From positions 14,807 to 78,806 of IMG/VR virus record IMGVR_UViG_3300044998_001035: 64,000 nt of DNA. One strand, given 5' to 3'. Position numbers and translations under genes: made by a program. Positions 18,415 to 27,321 of this stretch are shown piece by piece; position 1 is the first letter of the stretch, and every line of letters starts with the position of its first letter. This DNA is from a virus. The notes beneath the pieces were generated by a model. That model saw nothing but the letters and a program-made list of their open reading frames with translations. It ran no database searches and was not told the origin of the DNA.

Positions 18415-18443
18415 TTGACACGGTGTACCGCGATCCGTATAGT
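18415..18443 (+). promoter_or_regulatory. Near-consensus sigma70 promoter
   Basis: TTGACA-17 nt-TATAGT with an A-tract upstream; imperfect palindrome ACACTGT..ACGGTGT spans the -35. Confidence 0.8.
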
Positions 18444-18490
18444 ATGGGTGTAGGACGCAGCGACGGACACAATCAACCGGAGGCGAGGCG

Positions 18491-18766
18491 ATGACGACCC
18501 TGACCCCGACTAAGAGCGCGAGCAGGCTGGCCGAGGCGACGAAGCACACCGTCAAGTACCTCAACGACGAGGACCTGTGGGCGATCTTCAGCCCGGCCGG
18601 CGAGGAGGTCAGCTCCGGCTGGGGGACGCGGGCCGAGGCGTGGGAGGGGGCGAGGGAGGAGCAGGACGCGCTGATGGAATCCGCGATCGAGGAGCGGCTG
18701 GCGAGGATGGGCCGGGCCGAGTACCACAAGCTCGCGGCCCTGATGGAAGCGGCGGGGCTCCTCTGA
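18491..18766 (+). CDS. Hypothetical early protein
   Basis: GGAGG RBS; first gene after the promoter. Confidence 0.65.
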   Translation: MTTLTPTKSASRLAEATKHTVKYLNDEDLWAIFSPAGEEVSSGWGTRAEAWEGAREEQDALMESAIEERLARMGRAEYHKLAALMEAAGLL

Positions 18767-18767
18767 G

Positions 18768-18820
18768 CCCCGCGAGGCCCCCGGCAGGCAGGCCCCCCGG
18801 TTCGAGCCCGGGGGCGGGGG
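18768..18820 (+). ncRNA. tRNA-like element (T-arm plus acceptor-like stem)
   Basis: CCCGG-TTCGAGC-CCGGG flanked by CCCCGC/GCGGGG, intergenic. Confidence 0.4.
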
Positions 18821-18871
18821 ATGCCCGGATGGGCGAGACGACCACCAACCACCAGCAGAGGAGACGAGACG

Positions 18872-19252
18872 ATGGACGCGACGACGACCAAGACGCAAGG
18901 CGACCTCCTCGACGCGATCGCGGCCGAACACGAGCTGAACCCGGAGCAACGGGCATTCCTGGGGCCGGACTTCCCGGCCGTCGAGTGGTGGGCCCACCTA
19001 GTAAGCCCGGACACCTCTTATCGTGGCGTTCAGGCGTCCTGGCTGCCGTACGGCAAGTGTGTTGATGCGGTCAAGTTCGACGCCGGGCGCCCGGCGTCTC
19101 GCGTCGCGCTGCTTGTGATCGGCGACGTCGTCCACGAGTGCGACGACCACACCGCGATCGAGTACCACGGGGCCCGCCTGACCGTCGCCCCGTGCGAGGG
19201 CGGGCGGAAGTGGCACAAGGCGGAGATCCACCGCCCCGCCCCCCACTGCTGA
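18872..19252 (+). CDS. Hypothetical protein
   Basis: GAGGAG RBS; ORF starts MDATTTK. Confidence 0.6.
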   Translation: MDATTTKTQGDLLDAIAAEHELNPEQRAFLGPDFPAVEWWAHLVSPDTSYRGVQASWLPYGKCVDAVKFDAGRPASRVALLVIGDVVHECDDHTAIEYHGARLTVAPCEGGRKWHKAEIHRPAPHC

Positions 19253-19370
19253 CCACCCCCACCCACCCCGGGCCCCGGCGCGTGGCCGGGGCCGCATCGA
19301 GTCGGGCCGGCGGCGCGTGCGAGGCGCCGCCGGCCCCGGAGAGGACCCCCTGTTGCGGAGGAGATCCCCG

Positions 19371-19748
19371 ATGAGCACGTTCGCAGGTCTGCCCTTCGTG
19401 GTCAAGTTCGACAGCCGCCACCCCGCCTCGTACCGCGGCACCCGCCGCCGCCCGTTCGCCGCCGGGATCGACCCCGACGCCCGAACCTGGTTCAGCCCGC
19501 CCCCCAGCCCGGTCGCCAGGCTGATGCGGCATTTGCGTTACCCCCCGTGCAACGTCGAGGCCGCGGAGGCGTGGATCGCCGAGCGCGGCACCGTGGCGGG
19601 CTGCCCCGTGGTCGAGCCCTGGCACGTCGAGGCGATCGACGCCGCGGCCGGCGTCGCCCCCGCCCCCGCGCCGCCCTCGCCGCCGCGCTCGGGCGTGATC
19701 CCGCGCGCGCTGGCGGAGCGGCTGGCCGCGATGGGCAATCCCTGGTAG
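19371..19748 (+). CDS. Hypothetical protein
   Basis: GGAGGAG RBS; ORF starts MSTFAG. Confidence 0.55.
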   Translation: MSTFAGLPFVVKFDSRHPASYRGTRRRPFAAGIDPDARTWFSPPPSPVARLMRHLRYPPCNVEAAEAWIAERGTVAGCPVVEPWHVEAIDAAAGVAPAPAPPSPPRSGVIPRALAERLAAMGNPW

Positions 19749-20138
19749 GACACCGGCAGGCCGCTTGAACGCGGTGTCGGATTCGGTTGGAATGGGGCCG
19801 GGCGCGCCGATGGTTGCGGCGCGCCCGGCCTTCGGTGTCTCGGTCGCGTGCCCCGGCGCGGGCCTGGATCCGCTCGCCCGACCCCGTGCTCGCCCGGCTG
19901 GGGCGGCTGGCGCTGGCGGCGGCGGGCGACCCGGCCGCCGACGTCCCGCCCCGGCCCGCGCCCCCGCCCCCGCCCCAGCCCCCGCCCGCGCCACCCGCCG
20001 CCGCGTACGAGTCCGGCATTCAGGCCGATCCGGGATCGATCTCGGTCCCGACGCCGGCTAGGATGGCGGCCGGGGCCGCCGGAGCGGCTGGCGCGGCGCC
20101 GGCCCAGGCCGGCCCGGGTCCGGTCGGGGGCGGCGGCG

Positions 20139-20762
20139 ATGGGGGCGGCACCGGGTTACGTGCTGGGGTTGGCGGACGGGGACGCGCGGGCGCTGCTGGG
20201 GCGCCGGGCGGGGTTCGTGCCGCTGGGGGAGGAAGACCTGACGCGCGCGGGCTGGGCGCGGGCCTGCACGTTCCGGGGGCGCACCCCGGAGCTGGAGCGG
20301 GACGTTGCCTGGCGGCAATTCGCGACCTACTGCCTGCTGACCCGCGGCGCCCGCGTCTGGGGGTACGTGCGGGCGGCGGGTGACGGCCGGCTCCTGCGCC
20401 GGGCGAGCCTCGGGGTCGGCGGCCACGTCGAGCACCGCGACCACGGCGGGGGCGCGCCGACCCTGGCCGGGATCGCGCGCGCCGCCTGCCTGCGCGAGCT
20501 GGCCGAGGAGGTCGGGCTGGGCGTCGGGCCCGGCGCCGCGCCCGCCCTGCGCGGGGCGCTCCTGCTCGACGACGACGACGTGTCCCGCGCCCACCTGGGG
20601 CTGGTCTACACGCTCCCCTGCCCGCCCGGCCTGGACCCGGCCCCCGCAGAGCGCGGCGTCGAGCCGCTGGGCTGGCTCCCCGCCCGGTCCCTGGCCGGCT
20701 CCGCCCGGTGGGAGGCGTGGTCGCTGGCCCTGATCCCCCTCGCGCCCGCCTGGGCCCCGTAG
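20139..20762 (+). CDS. NUDIX-family phosphoesterase
   Basis: SLGVGGHVE...ACLRELAEEVGL, HLGLVY. Confidence 0.8.
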   Translation: MGAAPGYVLGLADGDARALLGRRAGFVPLGEEDLTRAGWARACTFRGRTPELERDVAWRQFATYCLLTRGARVWGYVRAAGDGRLLRRASLGVGGHVEHRDHGGGAPTLAGIARAACLRELAEEVGLGVGPGAAPALRGALLLDDDDVSRAHLGLVYTLPCPPGLDPAPAERGVEPLGWLPARSLAGSARWEAWSLALIPLAPAWAP

Positions 20763-20825
20763 CGACCCCGCCGCGTATGCCGGTTTGAAACCGGATACCA
20801 ATTAAAAAATCACACCGATTCAGTA

Positions 20826-20853
20826 TTGACAGCGGTTAAGGTCCGGTTAGTAT
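20826..20853 (+). promoter_or_regulatory. Sigma70-like promoter
   Basis: TTGACA-16 nt-TAGTAT in an AT-rich island. Confidence 0.65.
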
Positions 20854-20911
20854 GTAGCCGTGCCCCGGACGTCCCGGGGCGGACAGGCCGCAGACGACCG
20901 GAGGCCCGAGG

Positions 20912-22093
20912 ATGAAGACCGCGACCGCGACCGCGACCGAGGATCGGATCAACCACGCCCCCGCCCCCGCCGCCCCCACGCCCGACGAGGCGCGGGGCCG
21001 GCTGCTGGCGGCCCGCGACGCGATGCGCGCGGGGCTGATCGAGCGGGACGAGGAGGTGGACCTGGCCCTGACGGGCCTCGTCGCGGGCGAGCACGTGCTG
21101 CTCGTCGGGCCCCCGGGCGTGGCGAAGTCGCTGCTGTTCGACTCCCTGATCTCGCTCTACCAGGGCCCGACGTTCAGCGTCCTGCTCACCAAGTTCACCA
21201 CGCCCGAGGAGGTGCTGGGGCCGCTGTCCCTGGCGTCGCTCAAGGCCGACGTCTACCGGCGCGTCGTGGACAACCGGCTCCCCGCCGCCCACCTCGCGAT
21301 GCTGGACGAGGTGTTCAAGGCCAGCAGCGCGATCCTGAACGCGACGCTCCGGATGCTCAACGAGGGCGTGTACGAGGACGCGGGCCGGTGGGCGGCGTCG
21401 CCGCTGCGGCTCTGCGTCGGCGCCTCCAACGAGTGGCCGAACCCCGAGCAGGGGGGGGCGGAGCTGGGGGCGCTGCTGGACCGCTTCACGCTCCGCAAGA
21501 CGGTGCGGCCGATCCGGACGGCCCGGGGCCGGGAGCGGCTGCTGTTCGGGTCGGACGTCGGCGCCCCCGCCCCGGGCGCGGCCCGCGTCGCCCCCGCCGA
21601 CGTGGACGCGGCCCGAGCCGCGGCGGCGTCGGTCCCCTGGGGCGCCGACGCGATGGAGGCGCTGCGGGAGGTGCTGCGGGAGCTGGCCCGCGAGGGGGTC
21701 GTCCCCAGCGACCGCCGGCAGCGCAAGGCGGTCAAGGTCGCCCGCGCCTCGGCGTTCCTGGCCGGGGCCGCAGAGGTCGCCCCGGCGCACATGGAGGCCC
21801 TGGCGCACGTCCTCTGGGACGACCCGGCCGAGCAGCCGGCGAAGGCCGCCGCGGCGGTCGCGCGGGTGTGCAACCCGCTCGGCCTCCAGGTCGGCAACCT
21901 GCTCGTCGAGGCCGAGGAGATCCTGGCGGGCATCGACGCGCGGAACCTCGCGCAGGTCGCGGCCTCCGTCACGAAGCTCGGCGAGATCGCCCGCAAGCTC
22001 AAGGGGCTCGGGCCCGACCCGCGCGCCCGGTCCGCGGCCGATTACGTCGCCGAGGAGGTCAAGGCCCTCCGGCACCGGGCCCTCGACGCCTGA
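20912..22093 (+). CDS. MoxR/RavA-family AAA+ ATPase
   Basis: LIERDEE, HVLLVGPPGVAKS, TTPEEVLGP, LDEVFKASSAILN, ASNE, LLDRF, SDRR. Confidence 0.92.
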   Translation: MKTATATATEDRINHAPAPAAPTPDEARGRLLAARDAMRAGLIERDEEVDLALTGLVAGEHVLLVGPPGVAKSLLFDSLISLYQGPTFSVLLTKFTTPEEVLGPLSLASLKADVYRRVVDNRLPAAHLAMLDEVFKASSAILNATLRMLNEGVYEDAGRWAASPLRLCVGASNEWPNPEQGGAELGALLDRFTLRKTVRPIRTARGRERLLFGSDVGAPAPGAARVAPADVDAARAAAASVPWGADAMEALREVLRELAREGVVPSDRRQRKAVKVARASAFLAGAAEVAPAHMEALAHVLWDDPAEQPAKAAAAVARVCNPLGLQVGNLLVEAEEILAGIDARNLAQVAASVTKLGEIARKLKGLGPDPRARSAADYVAEEVKALRHRALDA

Positions 22094-22177
22094 CCCGCCC
22101 CCGCCCCGACGCGACGGCCCCTCCCCCCCGGGGCCCCGGCCCTCCCCCGCACCCACCACCGGACCGAGGACGAGACG

Positions 22178-23644
22178 ATGACGGACGAGACGAGGACGGA
22201 CGAGACGAGGACGGACGCGCCCGAGGACATTCGGGCCCTGCTCGGGCTGGACGACGACCTGCCCCCGGACCGCGGCGGGCCCCCCGAGCCGGCCGAGGGC
22301 GCGGCCGGGCCGATCGGGGCGGCCCCGCCGCCCGCCCCCCCACCGCCGCACGCCCTGCGGCTCGACGCCTGGGGCGCCCGCAAGGGCCACGACCTGGTGG
22401 CGGAGGGCGGGGCATTGGCGGGCGCCGGGGCCACGCCCGAGGCCGCCGCCGACTTCCACGCGCTGGCCTTCGAGCCCTGCCCCGAGCTGGCCGACGCCTG
22501 CGAGGACGCCCTGAGGCACGAGTACGTCCGGGACGTGCTCCAGACGCCCGACTGGAGGGAGCTGAACGCGTCGACCGCCCTGGACGTGGACGCCTCGGAG
22601 CTGGCGGCCTGCCACTTCGCGAAGGGCTACGCGGCGCTGGCCGAAGCCAGGGCCGAGGCCGGGGCCGAGGTGGGGTCGGGCCCGCGCGCCGAGTCGAAGC
22701 GGCGCCTCCAGGCGATGCGGGCCGCCTCCGCGGCGGCGAGGGCCGCCAGGGAAGAAGTCGAGGCGGCGGCCGAGGCCGCGGAGGCGCTGGGGCTCGGCCC
22801 CGGCCCCGACGGCGCCAGGATCGACCCGCGCCGGGCGGCCGAGGCGTACAGGAAGATCCGGGCGGACCCCGCCCTGCAGAAGATCGTCCGGATGGCCGGC
22901 GTGTTCCGGCGGGTCGCGCAGTCGCGGCGTCGAAACCGGGCCCGGCACGGCCGGGACGAGGTGGTGGGGGTGGAGCTGGGCGGCGACCTGGCGCGCCTGC
23001 TCCCGTCGGAGCTGGCGGCGCTGGCGTCCGGGGACGAGGACCTGGAGCTGGACGCCCTGCGCCGGCTGGCCGAGCGTCAGGCGCTCCAGCACGAGGTGCG
23101 GTCGTCCGAGCCGGTCGGGCGCGGCCCGGTCGTGGTGGTGGTGGACGAGTCCGGCTCGATGCGCGGCGAGAAGATCGAGGCCGCCAAGGGGCTCGCCCTG
23201 GCCGTGGCCTGGGTCGCCCGGAAGCAGGGACGCTGGGCGGCGCTGGTGGGGTTCTCCGGGGGCACCGAGGGGACGCTGTGCGTGCTCCCCCCGGGCCGGT
23301 GGGACGAGGCCGCGCTGCTCGACTGGCTCGCCCACTTCTACGGCGGCGGCACCACGCTCGACGTCCCGATCCGCGAGCTGCCGTTCGCGTACTGGCCGCG
23401 GCTGCTCGAGGCCGGCGCGGCGCGGGGGAAGACGGACATCATCATCATCACCGACGCGATCGTGCACGCCCCGGCCGAGGACGTGTCGCGGTTCAACGCC
23501 TGGCGGCGCGCGGAGCGGGCCCGCGTCGAGGCCCTGGTCGTGGACGGGGAGCCGGGCGACCTGGCCCTCGTCGCCGACGCCTGCTACCGGGTCCGGTCGC
23601 TCGGCCCCGACGACGGGCCGGTCTCGGGCGTGCTCGACCTCTGA
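22178..23644 (+). CDS. VWA-domain protein (ViaA-like)
   Basis: LARLLPSEL, MIDAS VDESGSM, GGGT, IITD. Confidence 0.88.
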   Translation: MTDETRTDETRTDAPEDIRALLGLDDDLPPDRGGPPEPAEGAAGPIGAAPPPAPPPPHALRLDAWGARKGHDLVAEGGALAGAGATPEAAADFHALAFEPCPELADACEDALRHEYVRDVLQTPDWRELNASTALDVDASELAACHFAKGYAALAEARAEAGAEVGSGPRAESKRRLQAMRAASAAARAAREEVEAAAEAAEALGLGPGPDGARIDPRRAAEAYRKIRADPALQKIVRMAGVFRRVAQSRRRNRARHGRDEVVGVELGGDLARLLPSELAALASGDEDLELDALRRLAERQALQHEVRSSEPVGRGPVVVVVDESGSMRGEKIEAAKGLALAVAWVARKQGRWAALVGFSGGTEGTLCVLPPGRWDEAALLDWLAHFYGGGTTLDVPIRELPFAYWPRLLEAGAARGKTDIIIITDAIVHAPAEDVSRFNAWRRAERARVEALVVDGEPGDLALVADACYRVRSLGPDDGPVSGVLDL

Positions 23645-23815
23645 GCCGCCGGCCGGGCGCCGGCCCCCCCCGCGCGCCCGGCGCCGAAAATTATGCAGGA
23701 TCGCGATTGAAATCGGTGTGACAACTGGATAATATCCAAAACGGCGGGGGTGACGCGGGCGCGGCCCGCCCCCCGACAGGACGCCGAAGGGTTTTCAGGA
23801 CGGAGGGTTGCGACG

Positions 23816-24730
23816 ATGGCGACGGCAGCATACGAGGTGGCCGTGGGCGAGACGACCGACCTGTCCCCGTTCGCGGTCCCCGCCGGGGCGGAGGTGCTGG
23901 GGGACGTGGTGACGTGGGACGTGGAGCACGCGGAGGTGCGGTACGAGCACCTGACGGACGCGCTGGAGGCGGCGGGCCTGGACCGCGGGCTGGCGCGGCC
24001 GGTCTGCTGGGCGGACGCGTTCCGGCGCGGGATGCGGCGGCTCGCCGACGCCGGGACGATCGTCCGCAAGCTGGACGAGGCGCCCGAGGCGATCCGGTAT
24101 CAGGTCACGACCGAGCGCAGGGCCGACGACGGCTCGGAGCTGGTCTACACCACGCAGTGTCTGGTCGCGCTGCACAAGGAGGACGGGTCGATCGAGTGCC
24201 CCGACCCGGCGGTCCTCGACCGCGCCCGGGACGCGACGCACCGGGTCCGGGACTGGCGGACGGGCGCGGACATCTCCCGCGTGATGTTCGCCCTGTTCGA
24301 CGGCCGCCGGCGCGCGGACCTGGACCTGATCCCGCTGCGCAAGTGCGGCGGGACGTACTTCGTGCGGCGCGAGGGCGCCGGCTGGCTGGACGCGGCGGGC
24401 GCGTTCCTGGACGCGGTCGGGTGCCGGCTCAACCGCTTCCCGGTCGCGAAGGGGCGAGACAACCGGGCGGTCCGCGAGGCGGTGTCGTCGCGGCTCGCGG
24501 AGCTGGTGCGGGAGTACGAGGGGGCCGTGGCCGAGTTCGGGCGCGACACGAAGGAGTCGACGCTGCGCGCGGCCGGCGAGCGGGTGGCCGCCCTGCGGTT
24601 CAAGGTCGAGTCCTACGCCGAGTACCTCGGCGAGGAGCAGGCGGCGCTGCTGGAGGCGGTCCGGGCGGCGAAGGGGGCGCTGGCGGCGGCGCTGGAGCGG
24701 GTGGCAGCCGAGAAGGCGGCCGGGGCCTGA
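23816..24730 (+). CDS. Conserved phage protein accompanying MoxR/VWA (DUF6744-like)
   Basis: LGDVVTW, DAFRR, PLRKCGGTYFV and a helical C-terminus; family assignment from memory. Confidence 0.6.
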   Translation: MATAAYEVAVGETTDLSPFAVPAGAEVLGDVVTWDVEHAEVRYEHLTDALEAAGLDRGLARPVCWADAFRRGMRRLADAGTIVRKLDEAPEAIRYQVTTERRADDGSELVYTTQCLVALHKEDGSIECPDPAVLDRARDATHRVRDWRTGADISRVMFALFDGRRRADLDLIPLRKCGGTYFVRREGAGWLDAAGAFLDAVGCRLNRFPVAKGRDNRAVREAVSSRLAELVREYEGAVAEFGRDTKESTLRAAGERVAALRFKVESYAEYLGEEQAALLEAVRAAKGALAAALERVAAEKAAGA

Positions 24731-24810
24731 AGCCGGGGACGACCCGGCCCGGCGCGTGGCCGGGCCGGGGTGCGGCGCGGGCGAGGCTCGGGGTGGGGGA
24801 GGAGGAAGCC

Positions 24811-25140
24811 ATGCGGAAGGATGCAGGAACGGCGGCGGAGAAGGCGGCGGAGAAGGCGGCGGAAGTGGCCGGGGGCGTCGGCCGGCCGGGCGGGTCGCGG
24901 GCGAGGCCGGGGAGGGCGGGCGCCGCCTCGCACGCCGCGGCGCGCCGGGCGCCCCAGAGGGGCGAGTGCCTGGGGTGCGGGCGGCCGAGCTGGACGCTGT
25001 ATTGCGACGGCTGCGCGCCGCCCCCGTCGGGCCGCGCCCGCGACGCGTCGGCGCCGCCGGACCTGGACGACCGCGACGACCGGCGGTGGAACGGCGAGGC
25101 GTACCGCCCGATGCCGAGCGGGCGGGCTGCGCGCCGATGA
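24811..25140 (+). CDS. Small Zn-finger protein
   Basis: CLGC...CDGC; GGAGGAGG RBS. Confidence 0.5.
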   Translation: MRKDAGTAAEKAAEKAAEVAGGVGRPGGSRARPGRAGAASHAAARRAPQRGECLGCGRPSWTLYCDGCAPPPSGRARDASAPPDLDDRDDRRWNGEAYRPMPSGRAARR

Positions 25141-25249
25141 GCGGGCGCGGCCCGATTGAAGAAGGAGGTGGGTCATGGGTAGGGAGGTGAAGCGCGTCGC
25201 GGCCTGGTTCGACTGGCCGATCGGCGAGGTTTGGGAAGGAGACGAATCC

Positions 25250-26569
25250 GTGAGGGTGCTCGCGTATCGCGCGGTGAACTTCAAGGGCCTGAAGGACGTC
25301 CGGATCGAGCCCGGCCGGCACGTCGTGTTCGTGGTCGGCCGCAACGGGGCCGGCAAGTCGTCGGTGCTGGACGCGCTCCACGCCGCGCTGGCCGGGGCGC
25401 GGGCGTCGCCCGGGATGCCCGTCCGCCGCGGGGCGGCCGAGGCGTCCGTCCGGCTCGACCTGGGGGACGTGACGGTCACGCGGCGCTGGTCGGCCGACGG
25501 GTCCACCAGGCTCTACGTCGAGCACCCCGACGGCTCGGCGCCCCGGGCGCCCCAGGCGCTGCTGGACCGGATGCTGGGCGCCGTCGGCTTCGACGCCCTG
25601 GCGTTCGCCCGCCAGGACCCCGCCGAGCAGGCGAGGACGCTGCGGCGCCTGGCCGGGCTCGACGCCGCGTTCGCGGAGATCGACGCCGAACTCGCGGCGC
25701 TGGCCGAGGAGCGGGCCGAGGTCGGCCGCGCCGTCCGGGCCGACGAGGGGGCGCTGGCGTCCTACCACGAGGGCGAGTTCGAGGGCGTCCCCGACGAGGC
25801 ACCGGACGCGGCCGAGCTGGCGGCGCAGTACCGGGCCGCCGTAGACGCGAAGGGGGAGAACGACGCGGTCCGGGCGGCGGCCCGGGAGGACGCCCGGAGG
25901 TTGGCGGAGTCGCGTCGGGCCTACGGCGCCGCCTGCGCCGAGACGGAACGGCTCCGCGAGCTGCTGGCCCGCGCCGAGTCCGCGGAACGATCGGCCTGCG
26001 AGGCGGTGTCGGACGCCCAGGCCGCCGCGTCCGAGTCGGCGGCGATGGCCGAGGGCCTGGAGGACCCGGACGTCGCCGGGGCGTGGGGCCGGCTCCGCGA
26101 GGCGCAGGCGACGGCCGCGAAGGTCGCCCGCAAGCGGGAGCGGGCCGACATCGAGGCGCGGCGGGCCGGGAACGCCGAGCACGCCGCGGCGCTCGCGGGC
26201 CGGATCGACGCCCTGAGGGAGAAGAAGAAGGACCTGATCACGCGCGCGCCGCTGCCCGTCCCGGGGCTGGACTGCGCGGGGGACGAGGTGCTGCTGCGCG
26301 GCGTGCCGCTGGCGCAGGCCAACACGGCGGAGCAGGTGCGGGTCGGCCTGGAGGTGGCGGCGGCGCTCTCCCCGCACCTGCGCGTGGCCGCGATCCGGGA
26401 CGGGTCGCTGCTCGACGACGGGTCGCTGGCGGCGGTCTGCCGCTGGGCCGAGGAGCGGGACTACCAGGTCTGGCTGGAGCGGGTCGGGCCCCCGGGCGGC
26501 CCCGGGGCGGTCGTGATCGAGGACGGGGCCGTGGCCGCGGCGCCGCCCGGGGAGGGGGTGGGCCCGTGA
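25250..26569 (+). CDS. SMC/SbcC-like coiled-coil ATPase
   Basis: NFKGLKDV, GRNGAGKSSVLDAL, coiled coil, IRDGSLLD. Confidence 0.85.
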   Translation: MRVLAYRAVNFKGLKDVRIEPGRHVVFVVGRNGAGKSSVLDALHAALAGARASPGMPVRRGAAEASVRLDLGDVTVTRRWSADGSTRLYVEHPDGSAPRAPQALLDRMLGAVGFDALAFARQDPAEQARTLRRLAGLDAAFAEIDAELAALAEERAEVGRAVRADEGALASYHEGEFEGVPDEAPDAAELAAQYRAAVDAKGENDAVRAAAREDARRLAESRRAYGAACAETERLRELLARAESAERSACEAVSDAQAAASESAAMAEGLEDPDVAGAWGRLREAQATAAKVARKRERADIEARRAGNAEHAAALAGRIDALREKKKDLITRAPLPVPGLDCAGDEVLLRGVPLAQANTAEQVRVGLEVAAALSPHLRVAAIRDGSLLDDGSLAAVCRWAEERDYQVWLERVGPPGGPGAVVIEDGAVAAAPPGEGVGP

Positions 26570-27321
26570 GTCGTCGCGCGAAGGCGGCCACGGCCGCCGG
26601 ACGGGCCGGGCCCCGCCGCTGGAACCCGGCCGCGGACCTGCTGGAGATCAAGGCCGCGTACGACGCCTCCGGGGTCGTGGGCAAGCCGCTGCCGTGCCGG
26701 TCGCGCCGCGGCGTCTACGCGGTCGGCGGCGGCCGGACCGGGTTCGACCTGTTCGCCCCCGGGCTGCGGACGTCGGCGCGGGACTGGGCGTTCGCGGCGA
26801 TGGCCTCGTCCGGGACGGTCTCGTTCCTGGTCCCGACCCGGCACGAGGGCGCGGCGTCGGAGTACCTGGCGGCCGTCGAGCGGGACGCGGCCATCGCCGC
26901 GGCCCGGTACGGGCGGTCGCTGCGGGCCATGTTCGAGCGGAACAAGCGGACGTTCCGGGAAGGCTACTCGCTCCCCGAGCCGCCGACGCCCGAGCTGCGG
27001 TGGCTGTACGACGCGGCGGCCGCCTTCGAGGCCGAACTGTTCCCGCCCCGGCCCCGGCGCCTGGGCGCCGCCGATCGACCTCGCCCCGGCGCCCGCGGCG
27101 GCGCCCGACCCGTCCGCGGCCCTGAGGCCGCGCGGGCGCGGGTTCTCGGCCGGGGAGTACCACTGGCGGCCCTGGCCGCTGGCGAACGTCGCGGTCTGCG
27201 TCGAGGGGCGGGGGTGGTGCGCGGCGATGCCGGGCCTTCCCGCGCTGTCGCGAGAGCTTCAGATCAGGATCAGAGAATACCTGTGATCGTCACATCAACA
27301 GAAACCGAGGTGTTACGATGA
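26566..27321 (+). CDS. Hypothetical protein
   Basis: GTG start overlaps the upstream stop; C-terminal part doubtful. Confidence 0.45.
   Translation: MSRRAKAATAAGRAGPRRWNPAADLLEIKAAYDASGVVGKPLPCRSRRGVYAVGGGRTGFDLFAPGLRTSARDWAFAAMASSGTVSFLVPTRHEGAASEYLAAVERDAAIAAARYGRSLRAMFERNKRTFREGYSLPEPPTPELRWLYDAAAAFEAELFPPRPRRLGAADRPRPGARGGARPVRGPEAARARVLGRGVPLAALAAGERRGLRRGAGVVRGDAGPSRAVARASDQDQRIPVIVTSTETEVLR

Noticed and set aside
20810-26377. Very long antisense and alternate-frame ORFs here and throughout the window
   Set aside because: Arg/Gly/Pro-rich shadows caused by stop-codon scarcity at high GC, overlapping well-supported genes
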